A stretch of 64,000 bases of DNA from the NCBI GenBank assembly GCA_007118145.1, contig SKSD01000010.1:69896-133895 (forward strand), read 5' to 3'. The notes beneath the pieces were generated by a model. It was not told where the DNA came from, ran no database searches, and worked only from the letters and a program-made list of their open reading frames with translations. Each line of letters starts with the position of its first letter. Position 1 is the first letter of the stretch. Made by a program: the position numbers and the translations under genes. Below, one piece after another: positions 29,769-38,785 of the stretch. The DNA comes from Halobacteriales archaeon (lineage in GTDB: Archaea; Halobacteriota; Halobacteria; Halobacteriales; SKSH01).

Positions 29769-31157
29769 ATGAGTGAACTTGACCGCATTTCGTTCGGAAC
29801 AGACGGCTGGCGAGACCATCGATCGGCATTCACCGACACACGGGTTCGAGCGGTTGCATCAGCGTTTGCTGATCATCTCCACGAGCTTGATGTGGGGACT
29901 GACCGGGTTGCCATAGGGTATGATGCTCGACGTGATTCACCAGATATCGCACGGACGATCGCCGAGACGATCACTGCCTATGGATTCGATGTGTGGTTGG
30001 CATCACGTGACTGCCCCACCCCTGCCATCGCATCGGTGATCGATGAGTTCGATCTTGTCGGTGGTGTGATGGTCACCGCTTCGCACAACCCACCAGCATA
30101 TAACGGCATCAAACTGATCCCATATGGAGGTGCGCCTGCACTACCAGAGCTGACTGACGCCATCGAGGCAAACCTTGGGAGGGAGACCGAACCCGAGGGG
30201 TATCCCAGTGGTTCGACGACAAGCTTCGACTTCGTCGAACACCACGTCGAGACGGTGTTGAGCCGAGTCGACACCGCGTTGCACGATCTCACGGTCGCAT
30301 ATGATGCGATGTACGGGAGTGGCCGTGGCGTGACCGATACCGCGCTCGAACGGGCAGGTGCGAATGTCCGCCGGTTGCGGTGTGATCGAAAGGAGGACTT
30401 CGGTGGAGACGCACCGGAACCTGACGAACACCGTCTCAAGACATTGATCGAGGTGGTGACGAGCGGAGAGGCAGACCTCGGTATCGCTAATGATGGTGAT
30501 GCTGACCGCGTTGCGATCGTCACCCCCTCGGGGTTCGTCAATGCCCATCTACTGTTCGCACTGATGTATGAGGATTTACTCAAAGATGCGTCCGGTCCCG
30601 CCGTTCGCACCGTCTCGACGACGTTCCTGATCGATCGCATCGCGGAGGCACATCACGAGCAGGTCATCGAGACAGCCGTTGGGTTCAAATGGGTGGCTGC
30701 AGCAATGGCACAACACGACGCGCTCATCGGTGGTGAGGAGAGTGGTGGATTTACTGTCCGCGGCCATGTACGTGAAAAGGACGGCCCACTTGCTGCATTA
30801 CTCCTCGCTGATGCACACCATCGACGCTCGATCGATGAACGGGTAGACGATCTGTTGGATCAGTACGGTCAGATTTTCCAGGTCACAGAGAGTGTCGATT
30901 GCCCTGATGAGGAGAAAGCAACCGTGTTACACGACCTCAACGAGCAACAACCGACGCAACTCGCAGGGCGCTCGGTCGAGGCGATAAACGATACCGATGG
31001 TCTGAAATTCCTCCTCGAAGACGGGTCGTGGGTCTTGATCCGACCAAGCGGCACGGAACCGAAACTACGTGTATATGCCGAGGCAGCGAGCGAATCGTCT
31101 CTGAGGGCACTGATCGATGCAGCGACGAGTATCCTCGATAAAATCAGAGATAGTTGA
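29769..31157 (+). CDS. phosphoglucomutase/phosphomannomutase (alpha-D-phosphohexomutase)
   Basis: Active-site TASHNPPAYNGIK and metal loop ANDGDADR. Trimmed to the ATG at 29769. Confidence 0.85.
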   Translation: MSELDRISFGTDGWRDHRSAFTDTRVRAVASAFADHLHELDVGTDRVAIGYDARRDSPDIARTIAETITAYGFDVWLASRDCPTPAIASVIDEFDLVGGVMVTASHNPPAYNGIKLIPYGGAPALPELTDAIEANLGRETEPEGYPSGSTTSFDFVEHHVETVLSRVDTALHDLTVAYDAMYGSGRGVTDTALERAGANVRRLRCDRKEDFGGDAPEPDEHRLKTLIEVVTSGEADLGIANDGDADRVAIVTPSGFVNAHLLFALMYEDLLKDASGPAVRTVSTTFLIDRIAEAHHEQVIETAVGFKWVAAAMAQHDALIGGEESGGFTVRGHVREKDGPLAALLLADAHHRRSIDERVDDLLDQYGQIFQVTESVDCPDEEKATVLHDLNEQQPTQLAGRSVEAINDTDGLKFLLEDGSWVLIRPSGTEPKLRVYAEAASESSLRALIDAATSILDKIRDS

Positions 31158-31250
31158 GCTTGTTTTATTAGATACCGATGGTTATTGACGAAATCAAATA
31201 TTGCTTTTATCGAAAATTTATTAACCTATGATAGTACTAGATGAAGTAAG

Positions 31251-31754
31251 ATGGTTGTTGAAATTTCATACAACGGTTCCGGAAATAGCTTAATCGTCGG
31301 ATTAGAAGGGGACTATTCAATCGATGATGTACGGACCGTCGTCAATCAACTCGAGGGTGAGATGTCCATCGAGTATCTCGAACTCGTCTTACAGGTCGAT
31401 GAGGGTGTCTCACTTGCCCTCCCGGAAGAGGGTGGCGATATCGGCCTCCCGCTCGCACCGACTTCGATCTCTCGCACTGCATCGAACCTGCAGATAGATA
31501 GCGTCCCTTACCACATCGTCGAACTCCTTGCTAACTCAGATGAACCACTCCGGACAGAGGAGATCACTGACCTGCTTGATGGTATTGACCTTGAGCAGAA
31601 CGAGATTGCCTCTCGGTTATGGAACCTCTCTGAACGAGGTCTCGTCGAGAAACACCCGTATCCGGAGGACAAGAGACAGAAGGTGTACCGACTCACGACA
31701 CTTGGACAGACAGCTCTCGAACAGGCAAAGGAACGGCGAGCTGAAGAGGCATAA
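31251..31754 (+). CDS. MarR/PadR-like winged-helix regulator with unknown N-terminal domain
   Basis: C-terminal half HIVELLANSDEPLRTEEITDLLDGIDLEQNEIASRLWNLSERGLVEKHPYPEDKRQKVYRLTTLG is a wHTH with wing. The gene and its upstream spacer are visibly more AT-rich than their neighbours. Confidence 0.6.
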   Translation: MVVEISYNGSGNSLIVGLEGDYSIDDVRTVVNQLEGEMSIEYLELVLQVDEGVSLALPEEGGDIGLPLAPTSISRTASNLQIDSVPYHIVELLANSDEPLRTEEITDLLDGIDLEQNEIASRLWNLSERGLVEKHPYPEDKRQKVYRLTTLGQTALEQAKERRAEEA

Positions 31755-31793
31755 ACTATCGTACCGTGTTCTGCTTTTCTCGCTAACGTCACT

Positions 31794-32115
31794 TTACGGA
31801 ATTTCGAGAAGGAAAACCCGTACTTTGAGCGGGGATGCATCCGACGGCAGGGACGGTGACTACAGGGTTAGCTTGCCTGACGGTAGGTCGTGTCGTACGC
31901 ACATCCTGCGGATATTGGAGTTGGAGTGGGGTCTCCGTCAACAAAAGGCAACCCTGCGTAGGATGTTCTACTCGCCCAACGTGGGTGAGTCGGGTCGATG
32001 GCACGGCCTTGTGAGGTGAACGCGGATACCTCAGCACACCACGCCTCAAACGAGGCCCGACGGGCTTGCTGTCTTACGAAAGAATCCTCGACATTCAGGT
32101 CGGAGAGGATGTCAA
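31794..32115 (+). mobile_element. tnpB-less IS200/IS605 (IS1341-type) tail element with omega-RNA-like scaffold, copy 1
   Basis: About 320 nt, non-coding and co-linear with 40985-41368. Shared blocks are GGATGCATCCG, CAGGGACG, ATTGGAGTTGG, AACCCTGCGT, an identical 18-mer GGGTGAGTCGGGTCGATG, and TGTGAGGTGAACG. A long-range helix pairs 31848-31862 with 31952-31965. A terminal hairpin lies at 32089-32102, followed by GAGAGGATGTCAA. The decayed peptide PCEVNADTSAHHASNEARRACCLTKESSTFRSE resembles haloarchaeal TnpB C-termini as I remember them. Confidence 0.55.
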
Positions 32116-32143
32116 ATAGCGGACCAACCGCCCTACCGATCTC

Positions 32144-32884
32144 TCACTCTGGCTTCGGTGAGGTGATGTCACCCTGCTCGGTCAGGCGGCGCTCTGCCTC
32201 ATCTCGATCTTCGGGGAAGCCAACGTCGATTCGCCACCCCTCCATCCGGATGGCATCGATCGTCCGTCCTGAGTGGATCAGCAGATCGATTGCCTCAGAG
32301 ATCTCGTACTCACCACGGTTCGATGGCTGCACCAGATGACAGGCGTGAAATATCGCTGGGGTGAACGTGTAAAAGCCGGTCATGACGAGGTTCGTAGGTG
32401 GATCAGCCGGTTTTTCGATCACCTCAACAATCTCACCATATTCGTTCGTGTCACATACACCATACCGCGATGCCTCCTCATACGGCACCTCTTCGACGAG
32501 GAAGGCTGCATCGGCGCGATCCTCTTGCTGACGGTTGATCACATCACCCAGGTTTGCCTGGAAGATGTTGTCACCAAGCATGAGCATGAAATCGTCATCG
32601 ATGTGTTCTTCCACGGTCAACAGTGCGTGAGCCAGTCCGAGCTGATCACGTTGATGTGTGTATGTGATCGGAACGTCGTTGTAGCTATCTCCGAACCGAC
32701 TGATGATCTGTTCCTTCTCGTAACCGACGACCACGTAGATATGCTCAGCACCGAGGTCGACGATATTGTCGAAACAATAGGACAGAAGTGGTCGACCTGC
32801 CACCTCTACTAATCCTTTGGGAGTATCCGCAGTGAGTGGACGTAACCGAGTGCCCTCACCGGCAGCTAGTACCACTGCATCCAT
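32144..32884 (-). CDS. sugar-1-phosphate nucleotidyltransferase (glucose-1-phosphate uridylyl/thymidylyltransferase, AglF-like)
   Basis: N-terminal LAAGEGTRLRPLT motif, 246 aa. Divergent from a UDP-glucose dehydrogenase gene. Confidence 0.85.
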   Translation of the reverse strand: MDAVVLAAGEGTRLRPLTADTPKGLVEVAGRPLLSYCFDNIVDLGAEHIYVVVGYEKEQIISRFGDSYNDVPITYTHQRDQLGLAHALLTVEEHIDDDFMLMLGDNIFQANLGDVINRQQEDRADAAFLVEEVPYEEASRYGVCDTNEYGEIVEVIEKPADPPTNLVMTGFYTFTPAIFHACHLVQPSNRGEYEISEAIDLLIHSGRTIDAIRMEGWRIDVGFPEDRDEAERRLTEQGDITSPKPE

Positions 32885-33065
32885 GCGTAGACGGTCGGTT
32901 TCAATCTACATATGTCTGTGGCTTGTGGGGTCGATGAGGTCTCACTTCACGAGTTGCTCTGAAGATATTGGATGACAGAACGCCGCAGGGTTGTCTGATG
33001 AGCATCTCAGTGACAACGAACCTATAGTGTGTGAGAACTTTGAGAGTGATATGGGTAGTGGGTCG

Positions 33066-34367
33066 ATGCACATATCGGTCGTTGGAAGTGGCTATGTCGG
33101 GACCACACTGGCTGCCTGTCTGGCCGACCTCGGTCATGAGTCGGTCGCCATTGACATCGATGAGACTACCGTCTCGCGACTAAACGCTGGCGAGTCAACG
33201 ATACATGAACCCGGGCTGGATGAGCTGTTAACCAGGCATGCCGGTGACAGGCTTCGCGCAACGGTCGATCACACAGCGGTGGTCGATACAGCGATGACAT
33301 TCTTGGCCGTCGGTACGCCGGCGAACCCTGATGGGACGATCGATGAGCGGGCATTGGTACAGGCAGCACGTGATGTCGGTGAGGCACTCCGTGCGAAGGA
33401 AACATATCACCTTGTCGTCATCAAATCGACGGTCCCACCCGACGTTATCGAGGAACAGGTTATCCCCGAACTCACCGACGCAGCGGGTAGGTCACTCGGC
33501 GAACACCTCGGTCTCGCGGTCAATCCAGAGTTCCTCAGAGAGGGTTCGGCCGTGGAAGATTTTCTCAATCCGGACAAGATCGTCCTCGGCACGACGAACG
33601 ATCCCCAGGCCACCCGTCTATTAGAGACACTCTTTCGCCCAATCGCCGAGCGCAGTGGTGCCACCATCGTCTCGACCGGGCGGGCTGAGGCCTGTCTCAT
33701 CAAATACGCCAACAATGCGTTTCTCGCAGTGAAACTCAGTTTCATCAACGATCTCGGGAACGTCTGCAAGGCATATGGGGTCGATACCTACGAGATCGCC
33801 GAGGCGATTGGTCTCGATCACCGGATCAGTCCATCGTACCTCCGATCAGGTCTTGGATGGGGTGGGTCGTGCCTCCCTAAGGATACAACAGCCCTACTGC
33901 AGGCGGCACGATCACATGGATACAACCCGCCGCTCATCGAGGCGGCGATCGAGGTGAACGAGCTTCAACCCCAGCGGATGCTCGCACTCCTTGAGCGTGA
34001 GCTCTCGATACCTGGAAAACGTATCGCTGTGTTGGGTCTCGCGTTCAAACCAGGTACGGACGATATCCGTGAAACACGTGCCATCCCGGTGATCGAAGGC
34101 CTCCTTGAACGCGATGCTGAGGTCATCGCATATGATCCAAATGCGGATGCAGTCGATGCCATGCGATCACAGTTCCCAGAGATCTCGTACGCTGATTCTG
34201 CCGAAGATGCACTGACCGGAGCTCAGGCAGCCTGCATCGTCACCGATTGGCCAGAGTTTGCTGAACTCGACTGGGCTTTTGCTGGGATGTCCCGACCGTT
34301 GGTGATCGATGGAAGGAGAATCATCGAACCCAGTGATGAGATCGAGTATCACGGTCTGACGTGGTAG
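33066..34367 (+). CDS. UDP-glucose 6-dehydrogenase (AglM-like)
   Basis: Rossmann VVGSGYVGTTLA and catalytic Cys region GWGGSCLPKD. Start at the ATG at 33066 (MHISVVGSG), with an alternative ATG at 33051. Confidence 0.85.
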   Translation: MHISVVGSGYVGTTLAACLADLGHESVAIDIDETTVSRLNAGESTIHEPGLDELLTRHAGDRLRATVDHTAVVDTAMTFLAVGTPANPDGTIDERALVQAARDVGEALRAKETYHLVVIKSTVPPDVIEEQVIPELTDAAGRSLGEHLGLAVNPEFLREGSAVEDFLNPDKIVLGTTNDPQATRLLETLFRPIAERSGATIVSTGRAEACLIKYANNAFLAVKLSFINDLGNVCKAYGVDTYEIAEAIGLDHRISPSYLRSGLGWGGSCLPKDTTALLQAARSHGYNPPLIEAAIEVNELQPQRMLALLERELSIPGKRIAVLGLAFKPGTDDIRETRAIPVIEGLLERDAEVIAYDPNADAVDAMRSQFPEISYADSAEDALTGAQAACIVTDWPEFAELDWAFAGMSRPLVIDGRRIIEPSDEIEYHGLTW

Positions 34368-34390
34368 GCAGGTGACTCACCGAACTCCAT

Positions 34391-34780
34391 TCAGTATACC
34401 CTGTCTGGACTGACGAAGAATAACACTCGCTCTGAGGTGATCTGCTCCTCCTCGAACGGTTTGTCGAAATAGCGTTGTGAGAGTCGGTCGATGTGCTTAC
34501 GGGCACCTTTTGCCGTGATCTCGGTCACAGTCCCAGTCACAGCCAGGCGACGGTATGGATCGTCTGGGTCAAGCATACTGATCCCGATCTTCGGATGACG
34601 CTCAACATTTCGTGTCTTGCGGCGATGTCGCTCTGTGTTCACCAGTATCTGGTGTGAGTCGTGGTCGAAATCGATCCACACGGGCGTCACATGTGGGGCA
34701 CCATCGGGGTCGATAGTGGCAACATGAGCGAATGTTCGTCGGTCGAAAAGGTCCAGGTAATCATCCGGTATACGCGCCAT
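34391..34780 (-). CDS. pyridoxamine 5-phosphate oxidase family protein
   Basis: About 129 aa split-barrel pattern (FAHVATIDPDGAPHVTPVW ... LVNTERHRRKTRNVERHPKIGISMLD). Trimmed to the ATG at 34780. Confidence 0.65.
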   Translation of the reverse strand: MARIPDDYLDLFDRRTFAHVATIDPDGAPHVTPVWIDFDHDSHQILVNTERHRRKTRNVERHPKIGISMLDPDDPYRRLAVTGTVTEITAKGARKHIDRLSQRYFDKPFEEEQITSERVLFFVSPDRVY

Positions 34781-34828
34781 ACCTGAGGTGTGCGTGTTCC
34801 CGGCTTTGAGGTACCGATATATCACCCG

Positions 34829-35881
34829 TTACCCCAGTGTCGCTAGCCAGCGACACAGCGCAGGCCATGCCTCACCAAACGCGACGTTGTCAGTTGCCAG
34901 ACCCAGGTGACCGGTGTCACACCGAATGAGGTTGGTCTCATCGGTCCCGACCGCGTCCAAGAGCGCACGTGTTGAATCGTTCGGGACGAAACGGTCTTGC
35001 TGACCGACCATAGCGGCGACAGGTATGTCGATCGCTGAGAGATCGACAGCCGTCCCATCGATATGGAACGTCCCCGTGACAAGCTCATCACCTCTGAATA
35101 TCTCGACCAGGGTCGCCATGGCTGTACTCGGGACGTCGACCGAGTCGCGAGACCACGATATTCGCGACCCACGTGCAGTAAATTGGGTGGTGTCAAGCAT
35201 GACATCATACAGTCTCAGGTATCGCCCAAGGAGGAACTCCGGTGGATCGACCAGTGAGAAGCCTAGCGATAGCATCGGACCTTGCAACACACCCGAGCGA
35301 GCGACCAGGTCCTCCGGTAATATCGAACTATCAATCACATCGAAGAGCCCACCCGAGGTATCGAACCCGATTGGTGCAGCCACGACCGATAACGAACCGA
35401 CCCCCCGATCTGTGACAGCAGCGTACATCGCTGCCAACGTCCCTCCTGTGCTATAGCCGATGAGGTGAACGTTCGCATGACCTGCATCCCTCGAGATAGC
35501 TCGTATCGCATTAGCCAAGAAACGATGGACGTAATCATCGATATCAAGCGATCCATCGAGTCGGGTGGGACTACCCCACTCGACGACGTACACGGGTGAG
35601 TCCCGATCAAGTAACGTTCTGATCACACTTCGGTCTGGTGTGAGGTCGAGTATCTCCGGGCGATTAAACAGTGCATAGACCAGAACGAACGGTGGTGTGT
35701 CATCGTCCGTCGGAGCACCATATCGCCGCACCTGCATCGGATGTTCCTTGTAAATCACCTCGTACGGTGTCTCTCCCGGGGTGGCAGCGACGAATTGATT
35801 GACCCGGTTCGGTAAGACTATCGACCTTGTGAGCGAGTCAGTAAGACCGGCGTGTAACTGCCAAACTGGCGACTGAACCAT
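34829..35881 (-). CDS. alpha/beta hydrolase related to class III PHA synthase PhaC, with Ser nucleophile
   Basis: Nucleophile elbow GYSTGG in a PhaC-like context (VLVYALFNRPEILDL ... VYVVEWG). Confidence 0.7.
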   Translation of the reverse strand: MVQSPVWQLHAGLTDSLTRSIVLPNRVNQFVAATPGETPYEVIYKEHPMQVRRYGAPTDDDTPPFVLVYALFNRPEILDLTPDRSVIRTLLDRDSPVYVVEWGSPTRLDGSLDIDDYVHRFLANAIRAISRDAGHANVHLIGYSTGGTLAAMYAAVTDRGVGSLSVVAAPIGFDTSGGLFDVIDSSILPEDLVARSGVLQGPMLSLGFSLVDPPEFLLGRYLRLYDVMLDTTQFTARGSRISWSRDSVDVPSTAMATLVEIFRGDELVTGTFHIDGTAVDLSAIDIPVAAMVGQQDRFVPNDSTRALLDAVGTDETNLIRCDTGHLGLATDNVAFGEAWPALCRWLATLG

Positions 35882-36000
35882 CTAGCTAATCGACGGGACC
35901 GATGTGAGATTTACCTTGCGTATTCCGCTGATGGTGTCCTGGATTTCCCACATATCAGTCCTGCGTTCAAACTGAGCTTCACATGTGTACACGACTCGAA

Positions 36001-36636
36001 TCACTCTGGTGGTGATCGCGACTCTGAGGTAAGTGAGTCCCGAATGCGCTTGACGCCAGCTTTGAAATCATCGACAATCTTCCAGCCGCCCTCATCACGA
36101 GCCGCCGATCGCAATGTCTCTTCATCGACGGTGCCTGCACGTGCGACCGTGAGCACATTGCCACCACCAGGGTCGATTACGATGGCACGCTCACCAACCT
36201 CCAGTATCTCACCCGATGTTCGACATCGATAATGTGGATCGAATCCCCCACCATCGAGCTTGATCTCACCACCATGTGTATCGACCTGTTTCGTGATTCG
36301 TCCCTCCGAGCCTCGTAGGCTGGCGACACTGCTGGTTTGCTCAGGCCGTTCAGACCCGGGGAACTCCATGTATCGGAAAATGTAGTAGATCAAGAACCCC
36401 AGCAGTGGGATGAGTGAACCGATCACCAGCGGGGTTGAGTACGGACCGATGACCATCCCGATGATACCTGCGATGGTGACCACGATACCGACGATGACGA
36501 GATTGGGATCACCGAATGCACCCGTCATGGTCAACAAAATGCCCAGCACCAACACGATGAACCCGATATCGTAGATGGTGATCTGCGCGATTGCCGTCAG
36601 GGCAACCACAGGGAGACCGATACCGGGGAGCATCAC
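36001..36636 (-). CDS. NfeD family membrane protein
   Basis: N-terminal multi-TM region plus a C-terminal OB-like segment GRITKQVDTHGGEIKLDGGGFDPHYRCRTSGEILEVGERAIVIDPGGGNVLTV. Confidence 0.65.
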   Translation of the reverse strand: MMLPGIGLPVVALTAIAQITIYDIGFIVLVLGILLTMTGAFGDPNLVIVGIVVTIAGIIGMVIGPYSTPLVIGSLIPLLGFLIYYIFRYMEFPGSERPEQTSSVASLRGSEGRITKQVDTHGGEIKLDGGGFDPHYRCRTSGEILEVGERAIVIDPGGGNVLTVARAGTVDEETLRSAARDEGGWKIVDDFKAGVKRIRDSLTSESRSPPE

Positions 36637-36753
36637 CTAGTGGTAACGGTTCGGCGTACTTGAGCGCTTCCTGCAGTCACTGATTATTATCAATATTGTT
36701 ACCAAAACTGACTTCCGCTAACGTTTACGTATCAGCCGATACAACGAACTCGC

Positions 36754-37650
36754 ATGAGTAAGACCGAGGTCCCCGGGAGTCTTGAACACGCCCTCGATCG
36801 TGTCGATCGGATCAGTCCAGCAGAGGCGTTCAAGCTCATCGGCAACGAGACGCGCCTCGATATCCTCAAGGCACTCGCCGAGGCAGACGAGCGACCAGTA
36901 TCGTTCTCAACACTCAGGAGTATGGTCGGTATGCGTGATTCAGCACAGTTCAATTACCATCTTCAGCGACTAGTCGGTCACTTCATCGAGCATACCGACG
37001 AGGGATATGACTTCAAACACGCTGGTGAGAAGGTGATACGGGCGATCGTCGCAGGGTCGTTCACCGATGACCCACGTATCGAGCCATTCGAGGTCTCGGG
37101 TGGATGTGCATCTTGTGGCGGAACACTGACCGGTGTCTATGAAGACGAGCATATCACGATCGTCTGTGACGACTGTGCTCACCGACACGGACGGTACTCG
37201 TTCCCTCCGGGGGGACTGAATGACCGTACCCTCGAGGAGATAGCCGTCGCCTTCGACAATCGGGTCAGACACCTGCACTGTCTCGCTGCAGATGGTGTCT
37301 GTCCTGAGTGTGGTGGGAGGATGCATACGAGCATTATCGAGGATACGTCGTGTTGTCTCGGCGTCTCGCTTCACGTCGATCATGAGTGTGGTCAATGTGG
37401 ACACGACATCTGCTCGGCACCGGGTTTACGTCTTCTCGACCAGTCCACCGTGGTGGCGTTTTACAAGCAACACGGAATCAAGCTGGACGAACGCCCGTAC
37501 TGGACGTTACCATGGTGTGTCTCGGATGAATACCATCGAATCGTATCACGCGATCCATTCCGTGTCGAGGTTCGTATGCCCATCGGTGGAGACGAACTCA
37601 CCGTCCTCTTGGATGAACAGTTGCACGTGATCGAGACCGACGAAGCCTAG
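36754..37650 (+). CDS. ArsR-like wHTH regulator with C-terminal double zinc-ribbon domain
   Basis: wHTH segment FKLIGNETRLDILKALAEADERPVSFSTLRSMVGMRDSAQFNYHLQRL. Four Cys pairs follow: CASCGG...CDDCAH and CPECGG...CGQCGH. Confidence 0.6.
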   Translation: MSKTEVPGSLEHALDRVDRISPAEAFKLIGNETRLDILKALAEADERPVSFSTLRSMVGMRDSAQFNYHLQRLVGHFIEHTDEGYDFKHAGEKVIRAIVAGSFTDDPRIEPFEVSGGCASCGGTLTGVYEDEHITIVCDDCAHRHGRYSFPPGGLNDRTLEEIAVAFDNRVRHLHCLAADGVCPECGGRMHTSIIEDTSCCLGVSLHVDHECGQCGHDICSAPGLRLLDQSTVVAFYKQHGIKLDERPYWTLPWCVSDEYHRIVSRDPFRVEVRMPIGGDELTVLLDEQLHVIETDEA

Positions 37651-37688
37651 GTCACAGAGAGGATGGATCCGTAGGTATCGCGCTCAGT

Positions 37689-37994
37689 TCAGTCACCACG
37701 TGATGTGCGCACCACTCCGAAGATCGCATCGGCGATACGATGACCCTCGTCACTCAACCGATAACCTGTATCGACTTTCTCGACGAGTTGTCCTTGGAGT
37801 CTCTTGAGATGATAGTTGAACCGACCGGGGTCATCCGCCTCGATACGGCGTGAGAGATCTGAGAAACGGACAGAATGATCCGTCGTTTGATAGAGCTCAT
37901 CGACGATACGAAACCTGGTCTCATCGCTGAGGAGGTCGAACAGTTGAACCGTCCAGTCTGGCTCCCTGTGTGACTGCGCGAGATCAGTCCTCAT
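37689..37994 (-). CDS. small ArsR-like wHTH protein
   Basis: FDLLSDETRFRIVDELYQTTDHSVRFSDLSRRIEADDPGRFNYHLKRL. Overlaps the upstream gene by 11 nt, so the two form an operon. Confidence 0.6.
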   Translation of the reverse strand: MRTDLAQSHREPDWTVQLFDLLSDETRFRIVDELYQTTDHSVRFSDLSRRIEADDPGRFNYHLKRLQGQLVEKVDTGYRLSDEGHRIADAIFGVVRTSRGD

Positions 37995-38721
37995 CGAGAA
38001 CGACCTCCTCGATACTCACGTGATCCACTACCGGCATGCCTCGGTCATTTCGCGACCAGGTGAGTGTAGGAACGACCGGATACTCCTCAACACCTGCCTC
38101 GAGTTGGAGTACAGCCGACCCTTCCTTGGCGAGTCCTTTGATCAGGTGCTGTCTGACACCTCGGTCGAACTCATTCATGCCGGAGACGCCCTTGCCCGAG
38201 CGTACGGTCACCACCTCGATATCGAGACCCTCACCGGTCACACGAAGTTGGACGCGTAATGGGACCTGGTTGGCCGGATCCTTCGCCACACTGCCAAGAA
38301 ACGGGAAGATGAGGGCGGCATCCTCAGCCTCGGTGACACGTTCGATCTCCTCATCCCAGTCGGTATCATCCAGCCATCCGGTCGATCGACGGACGGTCTC
38401 GGTGACGAACTCCTCGATAGAGGCTGGATCGAACGGGTCGAACGATGGCGAGCCGGGTCGTTCTTCTCGGTCTCGACTGATATCTCGACGGAAGCGCTTG
38501 ATATCTTCAACGGCATTCTTGAGGTCCTGTTTGGCTGCTGCCACCTCTTCTCGGGGGTCGCTCGGCTCGTACCCTCGGCCCCGATCACGTCGATCTGTCT
38601 CCGGTGGCCGGAGCCCTCGATGGAGTACCTCCTCCCAGGATAAATCAAGGGCTTGCTTGCGTCGTTTCATCCGTTCGAATAACTCGTCGTCATCGATGGT
38701 GATCCGAACCTCTCGTGCCAT
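37984..38721 (-). CDS. hypothetical protein with N-terminal ribbon-helix-helix-like segment
   Basis: MAREVRITIDDDELFERMKRRKQALDLSWEEVLHRGL looks like an RHH (CopG/Arc-type) unit. It is followed by a charged linker and a roughly 110 aa domain I cannot assign. Confidence 0.55.
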   Translation of the reverse strand: MAREVRITIDDDELFERMKRRKQALDLSWEEVLHRGLRPPETDRRDRGRGYEPSDPREEVAAAKQDLKNAVEDIKRFRRDISRDREERPGSPSFDPFDPASIEEFVTETVRRSTGWLDDTDWDEEIERVTEAEDAALIFPFLGSVAKDPANQVPLRVQLRVTGEGLDIEVVTVRSGKGVSGMNEFDRGVRQHLIKGLAKEGSAVLQLEAGVEEYPVVPTLTWSRNDRGMPVVDHVSIEEVVLDED

Positions 38722-38722
38722 G

Positions 38723-38785
38723 ATGTGAGTTATAATGTTAATAGTATATAAAAATACGCACTACTAACTCACATAGAACTCACAT
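38723..38785 (-). promoter_or_regulatory. leaderless-type promoter with three copies of a 9-mer operator-like repeat
   Basis: On the minus strand, ATGTGAGTT occurs twice in direct repeat 11 bp apart (38766-38774 and 38777-38785). Then comes TTTTTATATA (about 38743-38752). The inverted copy AACTCACAT (38723-38731) ends 1 nt before the ATG at 38721. The TATA box sits about 24 nt upstream of the ATG. Confidence 0.45.

Noticed and set aside
31789-32339. ORFs of 86 aa (minus strand) and 113 aa (plus strand) over element copy 1, with the equivalent ORFs 41015-41227 and 41105-41359 over copy 2.
   Set aside because: The two loci are similar on both strands, with indels that break every frame. The products are basic and low-complexity. 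The similarity is better explained as a decayed tnpB tail or structured RNA.
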